In this document: in pieces, positions 58,435 through 64,000 of the stretch
Numbering within the stretch: position 1 is the stretch's first letter
Layout of the letters: each line of letters opens with the position of its first letter
IMG/VR virus record: IMGVR_UViG_3300027503_000002
Direction: 5' to 3' (one strand)
DNA: 64,000 nucleotides
From: a virus
Program-made: the position numbers and the translations under genes
Notes under the pieces: generated by a model
Seen by the model: the letters and a program-made list of their open reading frames with translations, nothing else
What the model was told of the DNA's origin: nothing
Databases searched by the model: none

Positions 58435-58545
58435 GGCGTAGGGCTAAGACGGTTCGATTCCGTCGTCATCTTGGCCGATGTTTAATAGCCGATATGGACA
58501 AGGCAATGCATCTGCCATCAAGGTTCGATTCCTTGCGCGCCATCA
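58435..58545 (+). ncRNA. tRNA-like five-armed RNA with two TTCGATT T-loops
   Basis: GGCGT/GCGCC closing stem; GGCTAAGA/TCTTGGCC arm carrying CGG-TTCGATT-CCG; TGTTTA/TGGACA; GGCA/TGCC; CAAGG-TTCGATT-CCTTG; ends A-TCA-ATT. Confidence 0.6.
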
Positions 58546-58571
58546 ATTCTCTTAATCAAGAAATAAATCAT

Positions 58572-58760
58572 ATGGAACACCCTCTATATTATGCCATTGA
58601 TTATGATCTTAATGTGATCAAGTTGGGCTATTTTGACAACTACCATCTTGCTTGTCTTTATGCTGAAAAAAAGGAGATTGAGTTTATGAAAATTTTCAAT
58701 CACGCTGAACTGGTTACTCTTTACAATAACATTGATGCTGCCACATCAGATTGGTCTTAA
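58572..58760 (+). CDS. hypothetical protein
   Basis: Start moved to ATG 58572 because the upstream part overlaps the ncRNA. Confidence 0.55.
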   Translation: MEHPLYYAIDYDLNVIKLGYFDNYHLACLYAEKKEIEFMKIFNHAELVTLYNNIDAATSDWS

Positions 58761-58815
58761 CCGTTAGATGATAGCGGCATAAAATGGAGCCTTCATTGGT
58801 TAGACAACCTTTTAC

Positions 58816-58844
58816 TTGACTTCCTTCAATCCTTCAAATACACT
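58816..58844 (+). promoter_or_regulatory. sigma70-like promoter
   Basis: TTGACT-N17-TACACT, with ATG 9 nt downstream. Confidence 0.65.
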
Positions 58845-58853
58845 GATCGCACA

Positions 58854-59051
58854 ATGAAAATCACAACCAAAAAGTCCAAGTCTGTCCGACTTGTTGCCGA
58901 AAGCTACGAAGACCGTTGCCTGCTGACCGAAATCAGCCGCAAGATGAACAACAATGCGTGCTATCACGAATACATTGACACTTCAGCATTTGACCGTCAC
59001 GAACGTGTCACTGAACTGACCCTGTGCATTACAGAGCCCGTTAACTCTTAA
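58854..59051 (+). CDS. hypothetical protein
   Basis: Has its own promoter. Confidence 0.65.
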   Translation: MKITTKKSKSVRLVAESYEDRCLLTEISRKMNNNACYHEYIDTSAFDRHERVTELTLCITEPVNS

Positions 59052-59095
59052 CGCTTTTAATGTTGACTTTCGCCGTGAATTTTTACTATTAATTA

Positions 59096-59434
59096 ATGAA
59101 GCAATGCCGCCGCTGCGGGACCATAAAAGAAATCGAACAGTTCCCATTCTTTTCTGGTCAGCAGACGGGGCGCAAAAACACCTGTACGGAATGCACGAAA
59201 GAGTTGTCTCGGTTAAGAGCAAAGCTCAAGACCGAGAATCCTCCACCAGCAGCGGGCGAATGCCCTATTTGCAGCACTCACACCGAAATCTGGATACTGG
59301 ATCACTGTCACTTCACGAATGAGTTTCGGGGCTACATCTGCAACAACTGCAATCTCGCGCTTGGCAGATTCAACGACGACGAAAAATTGTTGAGAAAAGC
59401 TATTGACTATTTGAACGGAAAAAATAGAGTGTAG
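59096..59434 (+). CDS. endonuclease VII-family (His-Me) nuclease
   Basis: C..C..C..C, CPIC, LDHCH....RG.IC..CN..LG.F.D....L..AI.YL. Confidence 0.88.
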   Translation: MKQCRRCGTIKEIEQFPFFSGQQTGRKNTCTECTKELSRLRAKLKTENPPPAAGECPICSTHTEIWILDHCHFTNEFRGYICNNCNLALGRFNDDEKLLRKAIDYLNGKNRV

Positions 59435-59440
59435 GTAAAT

Positions 59441-59517
59441 GGCCGTATAGACCAACCGGCAGAGTCAAGTCACTTAAAATGACTGTAGTGTGGGTTCGAA
59501 TCCCTCTGCGGCTACCA
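59441..59517 (+). tRNA. tRNA-Leu(TAA), short variable region
   Basis: GGCCGTA/TGCGGCT, AGTCA-CTTAAAA-TGACT, 5-nt variable region GTAGT, GGTTCGAATCC, ACCA. Confidence 0.88.
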
Positions 59518-59524
59518 ATTTAAA

Positions 59525-59701
59525 ATGATTAAAATTATTCTGATGCCTTTTCGCGCAGCTTTGGCTGCTGCTGTTGTCATCGCATTTTCTCCTGTTCTTT
59601 TGATCGCGCTGATTGTCGATCACTCGATCATCAGTTCAGAATTATGGAAAGACGTTTTTAATTTTGTTATTCACGGTTCAAACGAAGCTTACTGGGACTA
59701 A
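59525..59701 (+). CDS. 58-aa membrane protein (missed by the ORF track)
   Basis: MIKIILMPFRAALAAAVVIAFSPVLLIALIVD...; fills the gap between the tRNA and the next ATG. Confidence 0.65.
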   Translation: MIKIILMPFRAALAAAVVIAFSPVLLIALIVDHSIISSELWKDVFNFVIHGSNEAYWD

Positions 59702-59702
59702 A

Positions 59703-60041
59703 ATGAAAAACACGACTAACACCCTCATTGGGGCAATCGCCATCTTGGCGATCATTACTATCTTCTCGCTAGAGACGAGAACGAATGCGGCTAGCGAGGT
59801 CTATGACGAGCCTTCGCCGCAGATGCTGCTCTCCGAGGAGCACGCCGAAAGCATCATTTCCATCATTCAGACAGAAGGCTTTGATGCGGCGTTTACTCAT
59901 TACTCCAACTACCGCGACATCTCCGACCCGCACTTCCACTACTTGCGACAGAACTATATCGATGCTGCTGCGGAACTTATGAGTTATCTTGCAGCTTCCT
60001 CTGGAAAGACTTTCGAGCCACCGTACTATTTAAAGAAATAA
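59703..60041 (+). CDS. secreted or membrane-anchored protein
   Basis: N-terminal hydrophobic segment LIGAIAILAIITIF. Confidence 0.7.
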   Translation: MKNTTNTLIGAIAILAIITIFSLETRTNAASEVYDEPSPQMLLSEEHAESIISIIQTEGFDAAFTHYSNYRDISDPHFHYLRQNYIDAAAELMSYLAASSGKTFEPPYYLKK

Positions 60042-60042
60042 A

Positions 60043-60465
60043 ATGAGAGATACTGCCAAAATATCCTTCGCGCTATTCTTCTGCGTAGCAATTCTGTTCT
60101 CACTAATCTTTTCACAGGAGAAGCCAACGCCAACAACCGCAGCAGTAGTATCGCCGGACACTTACTCTGCTGTTGAAGGACAAGTGGTAGAAATGAGTGC
60201 GACTGCTGAAGGGGACACTCCACTGACCTTTCAGTGGTACAAGAAAGGGTTAACGGATATTTTGGTTGGCGTCGGTCCGACATACACCATCCAAAACGCC
60301 AGAGTTTCTGATACCGGCACCTACTACGTATCTGCAACAAATTCTATTGGAGTTGCCCAAAGTAACATCGTAACGCTTAACGTCTCTCCCGCCCCCACAA
60401 TCACAAACCCGCCGTCATTCATTTACATCGAAGCCCGCGACGACATTCGCCCAACATCATCGTGA
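60043..60465 (+). CDS. membrane-anchored immunoglobulin (I-set-like) domain protein
   Basis: Signal/TM segment, then G.TPLTFQWYK...YTI......DTGTYYV.ATNS.G. Confidence 0.85.
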   Translation: MRDTAKISFALFFCVAILFSLIFSQEKPTPTTAAVVSPDTYSAVEGQVVEMSATAEGDTPLTFQWYKKGLTDILVGVGPTYTIQNARVSDTGTYYVSATNSIGVAQSNIVTLNVSPAPTITNPPSFIYIEARDDIRPTSS

Positions 60466-61001
60466 AGAAATCATTTTTTATCATTTTTATTCTCGCAGTT
60501 TTTTTTTGCTTCTCCGCGCCAGCCTGCTCACGAAAATCGGATGAGCCTCCGATGTTCAATGGGCAAACCATCAACAAGTTAAGCTTGATGGTTGCTTACA
60601 ACATCCCGACAACCGGCAAAGCTTCTTATGCTGTCGTCAATCGGGACTGGGTGCTGTGGGCCTACGACGATTACCGCAAATGGTTAGGCAGCGGAGCTTA
60701 TGGAGTAACAAAGTGGGACGACCGATCCCAATGCACCCTGTTTGCAACCGCTTTTGAAGTTTACTGCCAGCTTGCGTTCTTCCGCCAAGGCTTTCACAGC
60801 GACATTCAAGCGCAGGGAATTGCAGTTGGAACTGTATGGTATTTCACGTTCACTCCTATGCAGCAAGGAATGTTGGAAGGTCACGCAGTCAATCAGATCA
60901 TCACGCAGAATGGGATGGAATACTTTGAGCCACAAACCGGCAAGTTTATCCAGTTGACAGAGGGTCAAAGACTGTCAACTTACTTCTCAAAATTCGACTA
61001 A
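60462..61001 (+). CDS. lipoprotein with papain/transglutaminase-like (MOA C-terminal type) domain
   Basis: Signal peptide ending APAC; QC..FA, GHAVN, YFEPQT triad-like motifs. Confidence 0.6.
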   Translation: MKKSFFIIFILAVFFCFSAPACSRKSDEPPMFNGQTINKLSLMVAYNIPTTGKASYAVVNRDWVLWAYDDYRKWLGSGAYGVTKWDDRSQCTLFATAFEVYCQLAFFRQGFHSDIQAQGIAVGTVWYFTFTPMQQGMLEGHAVNQIITQNGMEYFEPQTGKFIQLTEGQRLSTYFSKFD

Positions 61002-61645
61002 TGAAAATCGCTGTCCTGTCTGACACTCACGGCAAACACTTTGGCATCCAAGTGCCAGACGCCGACACGGTTATTCACTGCGGAGACTTTTGTGATTTCG
61101 GGCAAATCAAAGACGCAATGTCGTTCTTGAATTGGTTTAACTGCTTACCGCACAAGAATAAAATTTTTATTGCTGGCAATCACGACCTTGCCTTTGAGAA
61201 AGAAAGCTTCATCAAAAACTTACTAAAGCACGATTATCCGCAGTTAACTTACCTTGAAGACAGTGGGTGCGAAATCGAAGGAGTAAAGTTTTGGGGCTCG
61301 CCAGTTTCCCCACGTTTCTTCAACTGGGCGTTTAACCGGACTCGCGGCGCGGAGATCCGCCGCCATTGGGATATGATCCCTGCGGATACAGACGTTTTGA
61401 TCACGCACGGTCCACCTTATCAAATTCTTGATCGTGCTCCAAGGGGAAACTCTTACGATCACGTTGGGTGCAGAGACTTGCTCGACAAGATAGTTCTACT
61501 GAGTCCGAAACTTCATTTGTTTGGGCACATCCACGCTGATGGAGGTAAAAGCTTTGTGAGCGGAATGAACACAATTTTCTGTAACGCTTCCATCGTGAGC
61601 GAGGACTACAGCGTCACCAATCAGCCGCAAGTTTTTATTATTTAA
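61001..61645 (+). CDS. calcineurin-like metallophosphoesterase
   Basis: SDTH, HCGD, AGNHD, THGPP, FGHIH. Confidence 0.92.
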   Translation: MKIAVLSDTHGKHFGIQVPDADTVIHCGDFCDFGQIKDAMSFLNWFNCLPHKNKIFIAGNHDLAFEKESFIKNLLKHDYPQLTYLEDSGCEIEGVKFWGSPVSPRFFNWAFNRTRGAEIRRHWDMIPADTDVLITHGPPYQILDRAPRGNSYDHVGCRDLLDKIVLLSPKLHLFGHIHADGGKSFVSGMNTIFCNASIVSEDYSVTNQPQVFII

Positions 61646-61647
61646 AA

Positions 61648-61830
61648 ATGAACCAGTTCAAAGAGGCGTCGATGGAAGATGTCAACGCTGCTGCTGTTGC
61701 TGCAATTTCTTGCCTTGAACAGCTAAAAGTGCTTGACAGTAACGATCCGAAGCACGATGCTTTGTTCAACCAATTAACCGCAGTGATGGAAAAGTATTTC
61801 AATTATCCCGATTACCAAGGCTTCCAATGA
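61648..61830 (+). CDS. hypothetical protein
   Basis: ATGA-coupled ORF. Confidence 0.6.
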   Translation: MNQFKEASMEDVNAAAVAAISCLEQLKVLDSNDPKHDALFNQLTAVMEKYFNYPDYQGFQ

Positions 61831-62315
61831 AAACCAAGAAAGATATCCAACACTACAAAGACGAAGCTGAACGCTATCGTTACCTTTTTGGCTGGCGTTT
61901 CAATGGCGAATATGCAGTCGCTGCTCGCGCAGCCGCAAAGGAAGACCAGCGTTTGTATCGTAAGGTTGGCAAGAAGTTCGTCCCCGTGAATGACCCCTAT
62001 GCTTACGATGGTCTTCGCAATGGCTTCTGGCTAATCCAAGTCAAAGATGGCTCCACTTCCATCCGTCAAGAGATCTATCCCGACAAGGCTTCGCTCCACG
62101 CCGCTGCTCGTTTGATGGAGGACAAGCTGGTACAGATTATTTGTAAGGCTTGTGAAGCTCGCCCTAACCAGACAGAGCTTTCTCCCCAAGAAAAGAAAGA
62201 TTGGGAGGCTTTTATGAAGAAGCACGGGCAGTCTTTCAACACTCTATCTTATCCTTCGATACAAGAAAGTGCCGAAAAGATTGTGAAGACTCTGATTGGG
62301 GAGGAACAGCCGTGA
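61827..62315 (+). CDS. hypothetical protein ending in the array linker (EEQP)
   Basis: LYRKVGKKFVPV motif; GTGA overlap downstream. Confidence 0.75.
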   Translation: MKTKKDIQHYKDEAERYRYLFGWRFNGEYAVAARAAAKEDQRLYRKVGKKFVPVNDPYAYDGLRNGFWLIQVKDGSTSIRQEIYPDKASLHAAARLMEDKLVQIICKACEARPNQTELSPQEKKDWEAFMKKHGQSFNTLSYPSIQESAEKIVKTLIGEEQP

Positions 62316-62590
62316 GCGATACACCGAGAACGGATGCTGCGGTTGCCCTAACTAGTCAGCACCGTTATGACGATAGTTTCGGTGATCCAATCTTCGGTTG
62401 GGTTACTGCCAATTTTGCTCGCCAACTCGAGCGCGAGATCGCTAGACTGCGAGCCGACCAACTGCGCATTGATTGGCTGGAGCTCTCTCCCGATAAAAGG
62501 CTAAACGCCGTGCACGACCTGTGGTGCAATAACGGAGACATCAGTAATGTTCGCCAAGCCATCGACGCCGCACGAAAGGAGCAGCCGTGA
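62312..62590 (+). CDS. MSDTP-family short protein
   Basis: GTG start; MSDTPRTDA...FARQLERE...DWL...RQAIDAARKEQP. Confidence 0.75.
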   Translation: MSDTPRTDAAVALTSQHRYDDSFGDPIFGWVTANFARQLEREIARLRADQLRIDWLELSPDKRLNAVHDLWCNNGDISNVRQAIDAARKEQP

Positions 62591-62618
62591 GCGACACACC
62601 TAAAACTGACGCTAAAGC
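62558..62618 (+). repeat. 61-nt gene-junction repeat A, copy 1
   Basis: One mismatch against 63868-63928. Confidence 0.9.
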
Positions 62619-62850
62619 CATCTTCTTTGGCTGGAATCCAGAAGAGGGAGAAGAGTTCGTGCAGGCTGATTTTGCCCGCGAGTTGGAGCGCGAGAACGCC
62701 GCCCTACGGGAAAGACTTCAAATGATTGCCGATGCTTATGCGTTAGACGCAAATGAATTGCGTGATATCGCACGCGCCGTTACGAGTAAGCAAACAGGAG
62801 ACGACGCTATTATGCGTCAGCACCTAACTGAAGGAGGAACACCGACATGA
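62587..62850 (+). CDS. MSDTP-family short protein
   Basis: MSDTPKTDA...FARELERENAALRE...GDDAIMRQHL..GGTPT. Confidence 0.75.
   Translation: MSDTPKTDAKAIFFGWNPEEGEEFVQADFARELERENAALRERLQMIADAYALDANELRDIARAVTSKQTGDDAIMRQHLTEGGTPT
62797..62822 (+). repeat. 26-nt repeat B, copy 1
   Basis: GGAGACGACGCTATTATGCGTCAGCA, identical to 63470-63495. Confidence 0.9.
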
Positions 62851-63110
62851 ATACGACTGATACACCACACACTCAAAAAGTACAAGTAGTTAATCTTGGC
62901 AAGCCTTGGCATCACGCTTATAAAGAGTTATATTCTCACGCTTGTGAGCAGGAAAAGGAAATCGCCAAACTGCGTGAAGCATTGAAAGAAATCAGCACCG
63001 AAGCTCATTGTATTGCCAAAGCAGGTCCATTGAATACACCAACATTACAAGATGCTTGGGGTAAGTTTATGGCAATAGATGCTATGGCAACTAAAGCATT
63101 ATCAAAATGA
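62847..63110 (+). CDS. array short protein
   Basis: TDTPHT...EKEIAKLREAL; ATGA coupled. Confidence 0.7.
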   Translation: MNTTDTPHTQKVQVVNLGKPWHHAYKELYSHACEQEKEIAKLREALKEISTEAHCIAKAGPLNTPTLQDAWGKFMAIDAMATKALSK

Positions 63111-63523
63111 ACTACGACGAAATGATACAGCAACATTATAACGATCTTTTGGCTGGAGCCGAAGATTGGGCAATCCATCAAGTTATTGATAAAGTGTTGG
63201 AAATGGAGAATGAAAACGCAAAACTGCATGAAGAAAAGCAGTGGTTACGAGAAACTTTATCCGATGAGGCTAAAAATTATTTCGATATGGCACAAGTTAG
63301 ATTGCCAGAACTATTGCGAGAAAATGCCGCGTTGCGGGAGGCTGCACTGTTTCTTCTAAACGAGATTGATGGTGAAGCGTTCCATCAAGTAGGTCAAGCA
63401 AATGGAGAGATGCTTTACGAGGGTGTTAGCAAACTACGAGATGTCATTAACGCGACAAAAAAAGAATCGGGAGACGACGCTATTATGCGTCAGCATCTCA
63501 ACCAAGGAGGAACGCCAACGTGA
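63107..63523 (+). CDS. array short protein
   Basis: RENAALRE...GDDAIMRQHLNQGGTPT. Confidence 0.7.
   Translation: MNYDEMIQQHYNDLLAGAEDWAIHQVIDKVLEMENENAKLHEEKQWLRETLSDEAKNYFDMAQVRLPELLRENAALREAALFLLNEIDGEAFHQVGQANGEMLYEGVSKLRDVINATKKESGDDAIMRQHLNQGGTPT
63470..63495 (+). repeat. 26-nt repeat B, copy 2
   Basis: Identical to 62797-62822. Confidence 0.9.
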
Positions 63524-63900
63524 GCGACCACCTGATCGCCGAGGCTAATCGACACGCCAAAGCATTACATCAAATGACACCCCCAACGACAAAACCAAAC
63601 CAGCGCGACATCGACTGGTATATCGCAGAGTGCATCGATCTCAGAAGGCAACTGGAGTACGAGATTGAGGCAAAACGCAATCACCTGCGGATTGCGTGCG
63701 AGGAAATCAATGACCTCAAAGTTAAGACCGGTTTTTACGAGAGGGAAATTGCTCGGCTGCGGGCGGATAAGGAGCGGCTGGATTGGCTCGCGCAATTGCC
63801 AGACAAACGCTTGTCTAGGGTTCACGATCTTTGGGTCAACGATGGAGACATTGCAGACGTGCGCGCCGCCATCGACGCCGCACGAAAGGAGCAGCCGTGA
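63520..63900 (+). CDS. array short protein
   Basis: EREIARLRAD..RLDWL...RAAIDAARKEQP. Confidence 0.75.
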   Translation: MSDHLIAEANRHAKALHQMTPPTTKPNQRDIDWYIAECIDLRRQLEYEIEAKRNHLRIACEEINDLKVKTGFYEREIARLRADKERLDWLAQLPDKRLSRVHDLWVNDGDIADVRAAIDAARKEQP

Positions 63901-63928
63901 GCGACACACCTAAAACCGACGCTAAAGC
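63868..63928 (+). repeat. 61-nt gene-junction repeat A, copy 2
   Basis: Matches 62558-62618. Confidence 0.9.
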
Positions 63929-64000
63929 ACAATTTTTCGGATTCAATCCAGACGAGGGCGAAGAATTCGTGCAGGCTGATTTTGCCCGCGAACTGGAGCG
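63897..64000 (+). CDS. MSDTP-family protein, 3'-truncated paralogue of 62587-62850
   Basis: MSDTPKTDAKAQFFGFNPDEGEEFVQADFARELE. Confidence 0.75.
   Translation, partial: MSDTPKTDAKAQFFGFNPDEGEEFVQADFARELE

Noticed and set aside
58752-58806. Possible small ribozyme (CCGTTA/TAGCGG and AATGG/TCATT hairpins)
   Set aside because: Stems are short and no hammerhead, twister or pistol core could be matched.
62558-63928. Terminal repeats as a CRISPR array or DGR template/variable pair
   Set aside because: Repeats are coding, irregularly spaced and present in two copies each. Differences are not adenine-specific and no reverse transcriptase is in the window.
1-64000. Stop-codon reassignment
   Set aside because: Genes are full length in code 11; TAA, TGA and TAG all end genes; there is no suppressor tRNA (the TCTA in tRNA-Arg is TCT in the anticodon register).

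Overview
This window is a 64-kb segment of a large lytic dsDNA bacteriophage in standard code 11; it shows no host-chromosome, integrase, CRISPR or reverse-transcriptase signal. Order along the window: (1) nucleotide-sugar/glycosyltransferase island with a ColD-like PLP enzyme, gmd, GT9-like and GT90-like genes (1-4.8 kb); (2) thyX and a replication block with RecA, DnaB, primase, PD-(D/E)XK nucleases, a DnaE split into PHP, DEDDh exonuclease and core genes, then a ClpC-like ATPase plus kinase-fold protein (4.8-19 kb); (3) two late-promoter-driven fibre/adhesin cassettes that share an N-terminal leader peptide (19.2-24 kb); (4) putative SSB, GT4/GT9 glycosyltransferases, a putative annealing protein and nrdAB (24-32.4 kb); (5) a minus-strand lambda-like L-K-I-J tail-tip operon with many inserted domains and a J split over separate genes (32.4-44 kb); (6) an early/accessory arm with a deaminase, a T4-BGT-like glycosyltransferase, uvsE, rIIA/rIIB, four tRNAs reading A-ending codons, a five-armed tRNA-like RNA with two T-loops, an envelope-protein cluster and a shuffled array of short paralogous genes (44-64 kb). 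Two promoter classes are visible: sigma70-like TTGACA sites and a GTGTAA motif 8-10 nt before start codons. A Verrucomicrobia-like host is a tentative inference from one Ig-domain protein. All family assignments come from motif recognition by eye; no database searches were run.
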